Shown here piece after piece: positions 20,976-31,976 of a stretch of 64,000 nucleotides of DNA. The DNA comes from an uncultured bacterium. Lineage in GTDB: Bacteria > Bacillota > Bacilli > Lactobacillales > Streptococcaceae. Both the position numbers and the translations under genes were made by a program. The notes under the pieces were generated by a model. The model had not been told where the DNA came from. It saw nothing but the letters and a program-made list of their open reading frames with translations, and ran no database searches. Location: contig CAURVH010000007.1 in assembly GCA_963528645.1 (NCBI GenBank), positions 28 through 64,027 on the forward strand, given 5' to 3'. The first letter of the stretch is position 1; each line of letters begins with the position of its first letter.

Positions 20976-21154
20976 TCTTTGTCCTCTGGTTTTGCGAGCC
21001 ACTGTGCCGTATCCATTAACTTGTCTGCAAGAAACAATTTACCTAGTCCCACTGCTATATTATCATCTTTCTTCATAGTTTTCATAACTTTTATACCTTG
21101 CATCGTAAAAAAGTAATTCCCATAAGTCTTGGCTAGAATTTTAATGAATCCCAT
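20972..21154 (-). CDS. 60-aa small hypothetical protein
   Basis: MGFIKILAKTYG...; ATG 1 nt after the upstream stop, GGTGAG RBS. Confidence 0.7.
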   Translation of the reverse strand: MGFIKILAKTYGNYFFTMQGIKVMKTMKKDDNIAVGLGKLFLADKLMDTAQWLAKPEDKE

Positions 21155-21155
21155 A

Positions 21156-21935
21156 TTACTCACCTTCGATGATTTCAGCTTCTTTTCGGATAGTTTCTAT
21201 GTCTTCTTGATATTGTTCTTCATTATAGTTAACTAATTTAGATAACTCCTGTTGCAAGCTTTCCCCCATCGGTTTCATGGTCGCAAAGGTTAAGCCACCT
21301 GAAATAATACCACCTAGGATAGGAATGAATTTCCCCATTCCTTTGGCTAGGCCTCCTTTTGTCAGATTAACACCAAAAATTTTCAAAACTTTTTTCAAAA
21401 TTGGATACCAGAGCGTCTTTGTCAAGGCTTTCTGAGGAACAGTTTTCATCACTTGCTTAGCAACCGCAACACCTCCTGCTCGAAGCAAGGCAGCTGTACC
21501 ATTTACCCCAAGCATGACACCAAGATATAGCAAGAGGGTATTTTGAGCATCCTCACTTAATTCATCACGAGAAGCCCAAAGGTCATCGTAACCGTAAATA
21601 TATCCCAATTCTTGAGCTAATTTTAATGAAAAAGCATAAAATTGAGCTACATCTGCTGGTATGGTAATTGCCATGGCAAGACCTCCAGGTAGGCCTGCTA
21701 AAACCGAGGTCCCACTGGCCAGCAAGACATTATCCATAATACAAGCATTAGCAACTCTATCTAAGATTTCCTGAGATAGCAAGCTAGAAGGACCCTGCTC
21801 CAATAATGTTGAGATATCCTTCGGATCTAATTCTTTAGAAAACTTGTCCACTAAAAATTTTGAACGATCAACTTTCACAACAGGTAGTTTCACCACTTGT
21901 TCCAATACTTGCATAGCTAGATCTTGTTCAGCCAT
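21156..21935 (-). CDS. EcsC-like hypothetical protein
   Basis: Gly/Ala-rich hydrophobic helices (AGLPGGLAMAITIPAD, QELGYIYG, KFIPILGGIISGG); AAGGAG RBS. Confidence 0.65.
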   Translation of the reverse strand: MAEQDLAMQVLEQVVKLPVVKVDRSKFLVDKFSKELDPKDISTLLEQGPSSLLSQEILDRVANACIMDNVLLASGTSVLAGLPGGLAMAITIPADVAQFYAFSLKLAQELGYIYGYDDLWASRDELSEDAQNTLLLYLGVMLGVNGTAALLRAGGVAVAKQVMKTVPQKALTKTLWYPILKKVLKIFGVNLTKGGLAKGMGKFIPILGGIISGGLTFATMKPMGESLQQELSKLVNYNEEQYQEDIETIRKEAEIIEGE

Positions 21936-22096
21936 TTCAATCTCCTTATTTCTTTTTTTCACATCTTATCATATCATACTATAAGAAAAATATAAAGCCT
22001 TTTCAAAAAAATCATTTGTTTAACTTTCTTTTTTACAGATTATTGCCTCGTCATATCTGGCACTCCAGTAACAAAAAAGAGGGTTGCCCCTCTTTT

Positions 22097-22447
22097 TTAG
22101 TTCTTATCCAGATTGCGTAGCATCTCGTCAATCTTGTTTCCATATTCAATGGATTCGTCTTTGACGAAGGTCAAATCTGGGATTTTGTACAATTTCAAAT
22201 TGCGACCAAGTTCACGTTTGATGGTACCAGTTGCTTTTTCAAGCCCGATTTGAGCTTTTTGATTATCCGAAGCAAGGTTACTCAAAATGGTGTAGTAAAC
22301 CTTGGCAACAGACAAGTCACCCAGCATCTGAACATCTGTGATGGTCACACCTTGGACACGCGGATCACGGACTTTCTTTTGCAAAATCTCATTGACTTCA
22401 CGCTTGATTTCCATGCCCACACGATCCGTACGGAAATGATTTGCCAT
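22097..22447 (-). CDS. rbfA: Ribosome-binding factor A
   Basis: [24 protein letters not shown]. Confidence 0.97.
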   Translation of the reverse strand: MANHFRTDRVGMEIKREVNEILQKKVRDPRVQGVTITDVQMLGDLSVAKVYYTILSNLASDNQKAQIGLEKATGTIKRELGRNLKLYKIPDLTFVKDESIEYGNKIDEMLRNLDKN

Positions 22448-22473
22448 GATATTCCTTTCTCTATTTTGAACCA

Positions 22474-22690
22474 AAAGCTAGGCCAGCAGACCTAGCTATT
22501 TTTAAACTTTTTGATTTTCAATTCAAATTGAAACGAAGTTCAATTTGAACTCATCCGCTTCTTTCGCCGTGGTGAAAGTGATGGAACTGATTTATCAGTC
22601 CCATCACAGGGGATTTTTGAGACTCTAGGCTCAAAAATAAGCAATGAAACCATCGGTTTGCTTGCGTCCCTCACCACCTAAGAAAGGAGC
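22474..22690. repeat. Multi-hairpin intergenic element A (infB-rbfA)
   Basis: Several inverted repeats including TTTTTGAGAC-TCTA-GGCTCAAAAA; related to 36750-36863 in the opposite orientation. Confidence 0.75.
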
Positions 22691-22697
22691 AAAAAAC

Positions 22698-25481
22698 TTA
22701 TCTCTTGATTTCTTCCATGACATAAGCCTCAATCACATCATCCATCTTGATATCATTGTAGCCATCAATCATCAATCCACCTTCACGACCGTTTGTAACT
22801 TCTTTGACGTCGTCTTTGTAGTGTTTCAAGCTTGCGAGTTCGCCGTCATAGATAACGACACCGTCACGGATGACACGGACTTTAGAGTCACGGGTAACCT
22901 TACCGTTGATAACCATGAATCCACCGATGGTTCCCACTTTAGACACCTTGAAGGTTTCACGGATAACTGCTTCACCGATAACTTTTTCTTCGAATTCTGG
23001 ATCAAGCATCCCTTTCATAGCTTCTTCCATCTCTTCGATAACCTTGTAGATAATGCTGTGGAGACGGATTTCTACATCGTCAGCTTCCGCTTGTTGACGC
23101 GCTTGTGGTGTAGGGCGTACATTGAAACCAACGATAAAGGCATTTGAAGCTTCCGCAAGCGTCACGTCAGATTCGTTGATAGCACCGACTGCCGAGTGAA
23201 CGATAGTAACTTTCACACCTTCTACATCAATTTTTTGAAGTGAGGCAGAAAGGGCTTCAACTGAACCTTGTACGTCGGCCTTGATGATAACGTTAACTGA
23301 CTTAAGCTCACCAGCTTTAAGTGTATCAAAGAGGTTTTCAAGGCTGACACGTTGAGTAGCTTGACGTTGTTTCATGAGGGCACGTTTTGCACGCTCTTCA
23401 CCGGCTGCACGCGCAGATTTTTCATCTTCGTAAACGGCAAAGTGGTCACCCGCCATTGGCGCTTCGTTCAAACCTGTGATAGAAACTGGTGTTGATGGGC
23501 CTGCAACCTTAACACGACGACCAAGGTCATTGGTCATAGCACGGACACGACCGAAGGTATTTCCGACAACGATTGGATCTTGGACATTCAAGGTACCTTG
23601 TTGAACAAGAAGGGTTGCGACCGCACCTTTTCCTTTATCCAAGCGAGCTTCGATAACGGTACCGATCGCACGAACTGTTGGGTCTGCCTTGAGTTCTTGG
23701 ATTTCAGCCACAAGAAGGACTGTTTCCAAAAATTCTTCGATATTTTGGTTGAATTTAGCTGAGATTTCAACAAATTCAGAATCTCCACCCCAAGCTGTTG
23801 ACATAACCCCATACTCTGCCAATTCACCGATAACACGTTCTGGGTTGGCACCTGGTTTATCAATCTTGTTGATAGCTACGATGATTGGAACGTTGGCCGC
23901 TTTTGAGTGGTTGATGGCTTCGATAGTCTGAGGCATAACCCCGTCATCTGCCGCAACGACCAAGATGGTAATATCGGTAACAGAAGCACCACGCGCACGC
24001 ATAGAGGTAAAGGCCGCGTGCCCTGGTGTATCAAGGAAGGTAATCTTCTTGCCATTTTCCACGATTTGGTAGGCACCAATATGCTGAGTGATACCACCTG
24101 CTTCACCTGTCGCAACACGAGAGTTACGAAGGGTATCCAAGAGGGTTGTTTTACCATGGTCAACGTGTCCCATGATGGTTACAACTGGTGGACGCTCAAC
24201 CAATTCATCTTCATTAAGATAGCCATCCTCGACAAAGAATCGTTCGATGTCGGCATTATCCACTTCAACCTTTTGTTTGGCTTCGATACCGTAATCCACC
24301 ATGAGGAGTTCAATTGTTTCCCCATCCAAGGATTGGTTTTGTGTGGCCATCACACCCATCATAAAGAGTTTCTTAACGATTTCTGCTGGTTCACGTTTGA
24401 TACGTTTTGCGATTTCCGCAACAGTCATACCATCTGTATACTCAAATTCTGTTGGCAATTCGTGGAACTTACGCTCTGTAACAGGTTTTGGAGCCTGGTT
24501 ACGGTTGTTTTGCTTGTTCCCTTTTTTATTTTTCTTGTTGTTATTCCAGTTACTATTTCTTTGATTTCTCACTTGATTCTGACTACTTCGATTCTTTTGT
24601 TGTTTTCTAGGACCATCTTCTTCGTGATCATAATCATCACGTTCTTTGTCTGGTCGAGCTTGTTTTTTACGACGTGTATCCACTGGCGCTTCCTTAGCTA
24701 CAGGAGCTACTGTTACGGCTGGCTGCGTTTGTTCAGCTAGCTTAGCAGCTTCTTCAAAGATTTCCTCTGGCTCCTTGCGTTTGTTAGCTTGAGCCAAGGC
24801 TTCTTTGGCAGCTTGCGATTGTTTGAAGCGCTCCTCGCTTGATCGTGCGTATTCTGCATTTTGCTCTGCTTTTAGGGCTGCTGCACGGGCTTTAAAGTCA
24901 ACACGTGGGCCAACTTGCTTGGGCTGGAAGTCTTGTTGCTGACGGCGATCATTGCCACGATTTCCTTGACCTTGTGGTTTTTTCCCTTGATCGTTGAATC
25001 GGCGATTTTCGCGGTTCCCTTGACCAGGTTTGCCACCATTACGGCCGTCGTTTTTCTGACGGTTGCCGTTTTGTTGTTGGTCACGGTTGTTGCCCTTGTT
25101 TTGTTTGCGTCGTTCTGCCTGCTCTTTGGCACGCGCCTCACGCTCCGCCTTGAAGTTTCGACTCTGTGGTCTTGCGGCCACTACTTTTTCTTCCTTAGGA
25201 GCTGCAGGTGTAGCTGATTTGCTTTCTTCCTTAGCGGCTACTGGTTTAGCTGATACAGACTTTTCTGCTTTCTTTTCTACACTTGCTTTTGGTGTCGCAG
25301 GTTTTTCTTCTGCTTTCGGAGCAGCAGGTTTAAAGCTAGCTGCGATTTGTTCAGCAGCAGCAGCTTCCACGCTCGATGAGTGGCTTTTTACATCCAAGCC
25401 CAACTCTTTTGCACGCGCTACAACTTCTTTACTTTCTTTTCCAAGTTCTTTTGCGATTTCGTACAATCTTTTCTTAGACAA
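22698..25481 (-). CDS. infB: Translation initiation factor IF-2
   Basis: [17 protein letters not shown]. Confidence 0.99.
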   Translation of the reverse strand: MSKKRLYEIAKELGKESKEVVARAKELGLDVKSHSSSVEAAAAEQIAASFKPAAPKAEEKPATPKASVEKKAEKSVSAKPVAAKEESKSATPAAPKEEKVVAARPQSRNFKAEREARAKEQAERRKQNKGNNRDQQQNGNRQKNDGRNGGKPGQGNRENRRFNDQGKKPQGQGNRGNDRRQQQDFQPKQVGPRVDFKARAAALKAEQNAEYARSSEERFKQSQAAKEALAQANKRKEPEEIFEEAAKLAEQTQPAVTVAPVAKEAPVDTRRKKQARPDKERDDYDHEEDGPRKQQKNRSSQNQVRNQRNSNWNNNKKNKKGNKQNNRNQAPKPVTERKFHELPTEFEYTDGMTVAEIAKRIKREPAEIVKKLFMMGVMATQNQSLDGETIELLMVDYGIEAKQKVEVDNADIERFFVEDGYLNEDELVERPPVVTIMGHVDHGKTTLLDTLRNSRVATGEAGGITQHIGAYQIVENGKKITFLDTPGHAAFTSMRARGASVTDITILVVAADDGVMPQTIEAINHSKAANVPIIVAINKIDKPGANPERVIGELAEYGVMSTAWGGDSEFVEISAKFNQNIEEFLETVLLVAEIQELKADPTVRAIGTVIEARLDKGKGAVATLLVQQGTLNVQDPIVVGNTFGRVRAMTNDLGRRVKVAGPSTPVSITGLNEAPMAGDHFAVYEDEKSARAAGEERAKRALMKQRQATQRVSLENLFDTLKAGELKSVNVIIKADVQGSVEALSASLQKIDVEGVKVTIVHSAVGAINESDVTLAEASNAFIVGFNVRPTPQARQQAEADDVEIRLHSIIYKVIEEMEEAMKGMLDPEFEEKVIGEAVIRETFKVSKVGTIGGFMVINGKVTRDSKVRVIRDGVVIYDGELASLKHYKDDVKEVTNGREGGLMIDGYNDIKMDDVIEAYVMEEIKR

Positions 25482-25497
25482 ATCATGTCCTCCTCTT

Positions 25498-25797
25498 CTA
25501 TTCCATAAGAGACCTCATTTTCTTTGTAAATCCAGCATCGGTCACAGCCAAAACCTTTCTCGATTTTCCGACTGCTATGCTTAATTCCAGTGTTGAAAAC
25601 ACGGTTATAACTTCTACTTGATAATAGTCACTTTTATCTTGAATCTTCTTGGTTAGATTAGGGCCAGCATCATGGGCTAGAAAGACTAGCTTGGCTTTCT
25701 GGTCTTGGATAGCCTTGACCACCAATTCCTCACCCGATATGACCCGTCCTGCTCGCTGAGCAAGTCCCAAGAGATTGCTTATCTTTTGCTTATTCAA
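25498..25797 (-). CDS. ylxQ: YlxQ / L7Ae-family RNA-binding protein
   Basis: LLGLAQRAG; position in the nusA-infB operon. Confidence 0.92.
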   Translation of the reverse strand: MNKQKISNLLGLAQRAGRVISGEELVVKAIQDQKAKLVFLAHDAGPNLTKKIQDKSDYYQVEVITVFSTLELSIAVGKSRKVLAVTDAGFTKKMRSLME

Positions 25798-26083
25798 GTC
25801 CTAACTCTCTTCTTTTCACTTTGTGATCAACATAAGCGATCAACTCGTCATAAAAGCTTTCTTCAACTTCCATGTTAAAGCTGCGGTTAAAGACTTTCTT
25901 CTTTTTTGCCTCTAGGGCTTCTGCATTGTCTAGCTTGATATAAGCGCCACGGCCATTGGCCTTGCCTGTCGGATCGATAAAGACCTGTCCTTCTTTGTTC
26001 TTGACAATACGGAGCAAATCACGCTTATCAATCACTTCGTTGGATACAACAGACTTGCGCAAAGGGATTTTTCTTATTTTCAT
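25790..26083 (-). CDS. ylxR: YlxR / RnpM family protein
   Basis: IPLRK, GRGAY motif. Confidence 0.92.
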   Translation of the reverse strand: MKIRKIPLRKSVVSNEVIDKRDLLRIVKNKEGQVFIDPTGKANGRGAYIKLDNAEALEAKKKKVFNRSFNMEVEESFYDELIAYVDHKVKRRELGLE

Positions 26084-26104
26084 CTTTCCCTCCTCTAGCA
26101 GCTT

Positions 26105-27241
26105 TTATTCTTCGATCAATTCGTCTGCAGCTGCGTAATCCACTTGACCTGCTTCTTCCATAGCTTCAAACTCACTGGCAGACTTGATATCGATACGGTA
26201 ACCCGTCAAGTGAGCCGCCAAGCGAACGTTTTGTCCACGACGACCGATAGCAAGAGAAAGCTTGTTATCAGGCACAACGACCAAGGCACGTTTGCTGTCG
26301 TTTTCATCAAAGATAACTTGGTCAACCTCTGCAGGTGCGATGGCATTGTAGATAAACTCAGCTGGATCCGCTACCCACTCAATAACGTCAATATTTTCTT
26401 CGACAGGAATCATGCGGTCGCTCTTAGCATCGTAACGAGCTGGGTGGAATTTGCTAGTGATTTTCTTGATATTAGCACCACCACGTCCAACGATTGTCCC
26501 GATAGCGTCCACGTTTGGATTGTGGCTACGAACGGCAACTTTCGTACGGTCACCAGCTTCACGAGCTACGCTCATGATTTCAACAGTTCCATCATAGACT
26601 TCTGGAATTTCTTGCTCCATCAAACGTTTGATCATTTCTGGATGGCTACGGCTAACAAAGACATTGACACCACGAGGGTTGTCTTCAACCTTGTAAACGT
26701 AGACTTCGATACGGTCATGGGAAGCAAACACCTCTCCAGGGATTTGGTCTTGTTTTGACAATTGGGCTTCGATGCTGCCAAGGTTGACATAAATAAAGCG
26801 GTTGTCAAATCTTTCTACTGTACCAGACATGATTTCTTGCTCATGCTCTTTGTAAGTATTGTAGGTAATGGCACGTGTTTGCTTGCGCATTTTTTCCATG
26901 ATGGTTTGCTTGGCAGATTGGGCTGCTACACGACCAAACTCAGCTGGTGCTTCCTCAAACTTGATTTTGTCACCAAGCTCATAGGCTGAATTAATGGCAA
27001 GGGCATCTTTCAAGCTGATTTCCAAACGGCTATCAAATACTTCATCAACAACTTCACGAACAGTATAAACTGTAAAGTCACCTGTCTTTTCATTGAAGTC
27101 GATGGCTACGCTATCAGATTGACCATAGCGTCTGCGATAAGCGGAACGAAGCGACTCTACTACTGCGTCGATGATGTCTTCTTTTTTGATTCCCTTGTCT
27201 TCTTCCAAAATGCGGAAGGCCTCTAGCATTTCTTTACTCAT
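26105..27241 (-). CDS. nusA: Transcription termination factor NusA
   Basis: FGRVAAQSAKQ, S1 and KH domains, AIGRRGQNVRLA. Confidence 0.99.
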   Translation of the reverse strand: MSKEMLEAFRILEEDKGIKKEDIIDAVVESLRSAYRRRYGQSDSVAIDFNEKTGDFTVYTVREVVDEVFDSRLEISLKDALAINSAYELGDKIKFEEAPAEFGRVAAQSAKQTIMEKMRKQTRAITYNTYKEHEQEIMSGTVERFDNRFIYVNLGSIEAQLSKQDQIPGEVFASHDRIEVYVYKVEDNPRGVNVFVSRSHPEMIKRLMEQEIPEVYDGTVEIMSVAREAGDRTKVAVRSHNPNVDAIGTIVGRGGANIKKITSKFHPARYDAKSDRMIPVEENIDVIEWVADPAEFIYNAIAPAEVDQVIFDENDSKRALVVVPDNKLSLAIGRRGQNVRLAAHLTGYRIDIKSASEFEAMEEAGQVDYAAADELIEE

Positions 27242-27283
27242 GTTTTCTTCACTTTTGAATCCTCAAAAGCTATCCTTTCTTTT

Positions 27284-27763
27284 CTATAGTTTAACTGCTA
27301 AACGTGCTTTTGATACTAAACTGTATGGAATTTGGACGGTTTTCTTACGTGTCTTGTCCATATACTCCATAGTCAACTCATCCTCTTCAAAGGATACCAA
27401 GGTTCCTTCAAAGACCTTTTGCTTATCGATGGCTTGGTAGAGCCCGACATGAATGTATCTCCCAACTGCTCCAGCGACAGCATCCTTGGTTTTCAAAGGA
27501 CGTTCCAAGCCTGGACTGGTGATTTCTAGGAAATATTGTTCTGGGAAGGGATCAGGCTTGATAGTGTCTAGGACAGGACTGATAATTTCTGTCAAATCTG
27601 CCGTGTCGTTCAAGGTAATTCCTTCAGGTTTATCTACAAAAATACTGAGAATCATGTCACTGCCAATCTTTCCATACTCGATATCTACGAGTTCGAAAGG
27701 TGCTTGAATGACAGGTTCTACAACTTCTCTGACTAATTCTACGATTGTTGCGATTGCGTCCAC
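27284..27763 (-). CDS. rimP: Ribosome maturation factor RimP
   Basis: [15 protein letters not shown] start after GAGGAG. Confidence 0.96.
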   Translation of the reverse strand: MDAIATIVELVREVVEPVIQAPFELVDIEYGKIGSDMILSIFVDKPEGITLNDTADLTEIISPVLDTIKPDPFPEQYFLEITSPGLERPLKTKDAVAGAVGRYIHVGLYQAIDKQKVFEGTLVSFEEDELTMEYMDKTRKKTVQIPYSLVSKARLAVKL

Positions 27764-27774
27764 CTCCTCATAAG

Positions 27775-27808
27775 CAAGAGGCGAAGATATTTCCCCGCCT
27801 CTCTTTCT
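27775..27808 (-). promoter_or_regulatory. rimP leader hairpin
   Basis: AGAGGCGGGG-AAATAT-CTTCGCCTCT stem just upstream of the rimP RBS. Confidence 0.6.
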
Positions 27809-27889
27809 CATATTCTTACTATCAGTATAGCACGTTTGTCAATTTATGTAAAGTATAAGCACTCAAACGGCTGATTTTCAAGCTATTTC

Positions 27890-28525
27890 TTAAAATTCTG
27901 CCTCAACTCGGTAAATCACTTGACCTTTGCTGGAGAATTTTTGCTCATATTCCGTCATGACATTGCCTTCAAAACCACTGGCATGCAGGTCCAGCCAAAC
28001 ACCATTGAGCTTCATGCCATACTGAGAAAAGCTCACTAGACTGTACTCAAACAAGCCACGATTGTCTGTCTTGAAATGGATTTCCCCATTCTCAGGTAAA
28101 ATACGCTTGAAGATATCCAAGAAACTCTTGTAAGTCAAACGACGTTTTTCGTGGCGTTTTTTAGGCCAGGGATCTGAAAAGTTTAGGTAGAGACGATCAA
28201 TCTCACCGTCTTCGAAATAGTCAGTCAAATCTGAACCATCTACCCACAGCAATTTGATGTTGGGAACTCCAACTTCAAGTACCTTGTCTAAGGCATAACT
28301 CAATACCGACTTTTGGATGTCAATCCCGATGTAGTTGATGTCAGGATTTTGCTTGGCCATTCCAGATACAAAGGCCCCTTTCCCACTTCCAACCTCTACA
28401 TGAATAGGATGATCATTTCCAAACAAGTCTCGCCATTTCCCTTTAGCTTCCAAGGGATTGAGGACCACATACTGAGGATTAGCCTCTAGTAATTCTGTCG
28501 CCCCTTTACGATTTCTAACTCTCAT
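27890..28525 (-). CDS. trmB: tRNA (guanine-N7)-methyltransferase
   Basis: [30 protein letters not shown]. Confidence 0.97.
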   Translation of the reverse strand: MRVRNRKGATELLEANPQYVVLNPLEAKGKWRDLFGNDHPIHVEVGSGKGAFVSGMAKQNPDINYIGIDIQKSVLSYALDKVLEVGVPNIKLLWVDGSDLTDYFEDGEIDRLYLNFSDPWPKKRHEKRRLTYKSFLDIFKRILPENGEIHFKTDNRGLFEYSLVSFSQYGMKLNGVWLDLHASGFEGNVMTEYEQKFSSKGQVIYRVEAEF

Positions 28526-29316
28526 CTCTTCTTTCCATACTTGTCACGGAAGACGCGCAAGGCGTAAATCTCCCGGTTTACATTGTCTAAATCTTGATTT
28601 ACAAAGTATTTGGCAATCTGGCTCAAGTAAGAATACTGACCATACCAATACAATTTATCTAACACTGTCTGATTGTACTTATAACCGTAATAAGTTAGCC
28701 AATCATGCCAATGTTGCTCTGGAATATAATGACACAGCATATGCGCTACATCAAACATACGGTCCGTCAGACGAACCGAATCCCAATCCACTAGATAAAC
28801 AAGCCCACTCTCTGTCTCAATCCAATTACTATGGCGAAGATCCCCATGCACAATCGTTGCATGGTCTTCTCTAAAACCTGGAACCGTCCTGCGCAAATCA
28901 TCAATCACCGAGTTTAAGTACTGATGTCGTTTCAAGACTTCGGGTGCTTCCTGCCTCCAAGACTGCAACAAGTCTACTGGCGTCTCCATGGTATATCCCA
29001 AACGGCTCAACTGCTTCATCAAGGGACGTGAGCGGTGAAGACGTGTCAAGATATTGATGATCTGCTTGCGATTCATATCGTGCGGTGTCAAGATTTTACC
29101 CGTCAACCATTCCTGGGCACACATATCACGACCATCTGGCAAACGACGAGTCCATAGTAATTGAGGAGCGATTTGTTCTCTGGCTAGGCCAGGTAGGATT
29201 GGAGAGGTGTTCATTTTTACAAAGACGCGCTTCCCATCAGGGTAGCTTCCCATATAAGCCTTGCCGCTCTTCCCAGGGATAGGGGTCAGCGTTAGCTCAT
29301 TATCACCCAAGTCCAT
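28522..29316 (-). CDS. ccrZ: Cell cycle regulator CcrZ (choline-kinase/APH fold)
   Basis: [14 protein letters not shown]; coupled to trmB. Confidence 0.9.
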   Translation of the reverse strand: MDLGDNELTLTPIPGKSGKAYMGSYPDGKRVFVKMNTSPILPGLAREQIAPQLLWTRRLPDGRDMCAQEWLTGKILTPHDMNRKQIINILTRLHRSRPLMKQLSRLGYTMETPVDLLQSWRQEAPEVLKRHQYLNSVIDDLRRTVPGFREDHATIVHGDLRHSNWIETESGLVYLVDWDSVRLTDRMFDVAHMLCHYIPEQHWHDWLTYYGYKYNQTVLDKLYWYGQYSYLSQIAKYFVNQDLDNVNREIYALRVFRDKYGKKR

Positions 29317-29363
29317 TTCTTTCCTCCGTATAAAGTTTCCTTACTATTCTACTAGTTTTTGGT

Positions 29364-30413
29364 CTATTCGTCAACCAGTCTTTTTAGTTGGTAAGGCAAA
29401 TAAAACAATTGTAGGAAGAGACTAGCCCCTACAAGAACCAACAAGGCTGTTTTTTCTTGAAAAACCACTGCTCCGACTAGCAGCTCCAACAAAAGAACTG
29501 CACTTCCCACACCGACTACAATCTGTTTCAATCCCTTTTCTTTCTCCCGTTTTTCTAGTGGAAAGAGCTGGGTCAAATACTGATAGTCAAAGGCATGATA
29601 GAGGGCCAGTAACTGAAATAGCAAGAGGTAGTTAAATAGAACCACCACTGCTGCCGCGATCCAAGCTTGCTCGATAAAGACCTGCGCTAACAAGGAAAGC
29701 AAGAGCAGACGGAGACTAAGGGCAAAGAGGTCTCCATTTCGCAGGTAAGAACGGAGATAGAGGTTTTGCCAAATCTTGCTCGGCACTTTCTGAACTGCTT
29801 TAAGGATGAAATCCAGATAAACGCGACGTTTGACACTATTTGAAACGCCCTTGACCTGAGTAAAGAGAGCAAAGAAACGAAGCAAGACTTGCTTGCGCTT
29901 GCTTTCTTGAGAGATCACATAGTCCCAGTCGAGACCAGTCTCAGTAAAAAATTTACTGGCTTTTTGGCGAAAGAGGAGATATTTCCCAGCTCCCAGTAAA
30001 AGCAGATAGATGAGGAAGACTGGCAAACCATAGCCCATGGCTAAAAATAAGGGCGCAAATAAAAGCAAGAAAAGGCTTTGGACAAAGAGCCAAAAGATCA
30101 GTGAGCGCATCGTCTGCCCTTTGAGGTGAGACTTAACCTCCTCTTCACTGACTAAGAGAAAGAGTTTGTCAGGTACTTCCATGTAGGTCGCGATTCCTCC
30201 CCAAGCTAAAAGCAAGGCAGAGACAATCCCCAAAAACAAAAGAATAGGCCAGTGATTTTCAGGAAAATTTTGCAAAAGTTGACTATACTGGTAGGCTAGA
30301 AAACCGATGAGAACCAGCAGGAACAAGACAAAGTGGTCATTGAGAACATAGCGCAGATAACCGACACACTCCTTGCGAAAGACCTGCTTTCTCTTTAAAA
30401 ACAAGTCTTTCAT
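29364..30413 (-). CDS. ecsB: ABC transporter permease EcsB/PptB
   Basis: YVLNDHF, multiple TM helices, FFALFT. Confidence 0.9.
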   Translation of the reverse strand: MKDLFLKRKQVFRKECVGYLRYVLNDHFVLFLLVLIGFLAYQYSQLLQNFPENHWPILLFLGIVSALLLAWGGIATYMEVPDKLFLLVSEEEVKSHLKGQTMRSLIFWLFVQSLFLLLFAPLFLAMGYGLPVFLIYLLLLGAGKYLLFRQKASKFFTETGLDWDYVISQESKRKQVLLRFFALFTQVKGVSNSVKRRVYLDFILKAVQKVPSKIWQNLYLRSYLRNGDLFALSLRLLLLSLLAQVFIEQAWIAAAVVVLFNYLLLFQLLALYHAFDYQYLTQLFPLEKREKEKGLKQIVVGVGSAVLLLELLVGAVVFQEKTALLVLVGASLFLQLFYLPYQLKRLVDE

Positions 30414-31141
30414 AGCTCCTCCTCTTTGGTCAGAGCCAAGTAAATGTCATTCAAACTCGCTTCAGGCATGTCAAAGGCTTCACGGAGTTGCTGGAGGTTC
30501 CCCTGAGCCCGCACCTCCCCCTTGTGGAGAATGACAAAGGTGTCACACATCTTTTCCGCCGAGTCTAGCACATGGGTACTCATGAGGATAGACTTACCTT
30601 TTTGCTTTTCTACTTCTAGAAGCTGAATCAAGTCAGAAATGGCCAGCGGATCGAGCCCAAGGAAAGGCTCATCAACGATAAAGAGGCTCGGATCCACCAC
30701 AAAAGCACAGATAATCATGACCTTCTGCTTCATTCCTTTGGAAAAATGCACTGGAAACCAGTCTAATTTTTGATCCAGACGGAACATTTTTAACAAAGAT
30801 TCTACTCGCTCAAAAGCCACATTTTGCTCAATACCATAGGCCATGGCAACCGTTTCAATATGTTCTCTGAGGGTCAATTCCTCATACAGACTAGGCGTTT
30901 CTGGGATATAGCCAATCTGCTTGCGATAGCTGGTCGCATCTTCTCTCAGGGTGAGGCCATTAATCTTGATTTCTCCACTGTAAGGTGTCAACAGTCCAAT
31001 AATCTCATTGATTGTCGTTGATTTCCCAGCACCGTTGAGGCCAATCAAACCGACCAACTGCCCACTTTCAACTGTAAAGGACACATCTTTCAAGACAGGA
31101 ACGTGAACATAGCCTCCTGTCAGGTTTTTAATTTCTAACAT
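30410..31141 (-). CDS. ecsA: ABC transporter ATP-binding EcsA/PptA
   Basis: GLNGAGKST, FSKGMKQK, DEPF. Confidence 0.92.
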   Translation of the reverse strand: MLEIKNLTGGYVHVPVLKDVSFTVESGQLVGLIGLNGAGKSTTINEIIGLLTPYSGEIKINGLTLREDATSYRKQIGYIPETPSLYEELTLREHIETVAMAYGIEQNVAFERVESLLKMFRLDQKLDWFPVHFSKGMKQKVMIICAFVVDPSLFIVDEPFLGLDPLAISDLIQLLEVEKQKGKSILMSTHVLDSAEKMCDTFVILHKGEVRAQGNLQQLREAFDMPEASLNDIYLALTKEEEL

Positions 31142-31208
31142 ATTTTCTCCGAATCTGGTATAATGTAGCTATATTATATCAAAATTCAATACAGTAGAGG
31201 TGGATTTT

Positions 31209-31619
31209 ATGTCAGATTGCATTTTTTGTAAGATCATCGCAGGGGAGATTCCTGCTTCAAAAGTATACGAGGATGAGCAGGTTCTTGCCTTTCTTGATAT
31301 CTCTCAAGTAACGCCTGGACACACCTTAGTCGTGCCAAAAGAGCACTACCGCAATCTTTTGGAGATGGACGCTGCCAGCGCTAGCCAACTCTTTGCCCAA
31401 GTACCAACAGTGGCTCAAAAAATCATGAAGGCTACCAAGGCTGCCGGAATGAACATCATCGCCAACTGTGAGGAAGTTGCTGGTCAAACAGTCTTTCATA
31501 CTCACGTGCATCTCGTACCTCGCTACGGTGCAGAAGATGACCTCAAGATTGACTTTATCGCCCACGAACCTGACTTTGACAAACTTGCTCAAGTCGCTGA
31601 AACTATTAGAAATGCTTAG
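31209..31619 (+). CDS. HIT family protein
   Basis: CIFC, GHTL, HTHVH triad. Confidence 0.95.
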   Translation: MSDCIFCKIIAGEIPASKVYEDEQVLAFLDISQVTPGHTLVVPKEHYRNLLEMDAASASQLFAQVPTVAQKIMKATKAAGMNIIANCEEVAGQTVFHTHVHLVPRYGAEDDLKIDFIAHEPDFDKLAQVAETIRNA

Positions 31620-31628
31620 GGAGATACC

Positions 31629-31907
31629 ATGAAACTATCAAATCTACTGCTATTTGCAGGAGCTGCAGCTGGAAGTTATTTTGTCATGAAAAATCGCCAA
31701 GCCATCACAGAGGAATTTATGGATACTAGCGACCGTGTCGAAGCCATTAAGGAGGATTTGGATGTCATCCAAAACAGCCTACAAATCATCGACCAACAAA
31801 AAGCCCTTATCAAGGAATACCAAAAAGATTTAACCTATAAATTCAAAGTCTTGGAAAAAGATTTCCAAACCAGAATGGCGATCCTCCAAGAAGAAAAACA
31901 AGAATAA
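31629..31907 (+). CDS. Hypothetical protein (N-terminal hydrophobic helix, coiled coil)
   Basis: GGGAG RBS, follows the HIT gene. Confidence 0.75.
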   Translation: MKLSNLLLFAGAAAGSYFVMKNRQAITEEFMDTSDRVEAIKEDLDVIQNSLQIIDQQKALIKEYQKDLTYKFKVLEKDFQTRMAILQEEKQE

Positions 31908-31976
31908 TAAATCCTCCAACTTTCCTTAAATCCATTTTGGGTTACTAGATTCGAACAGAAAAGGGAGGGAGTGAAA

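Noticed and set aside
24480..25330. Low-complexity N/Q/K/A-rich stretch
   Set aside because: Normal variable N-terminal region of IF-2.
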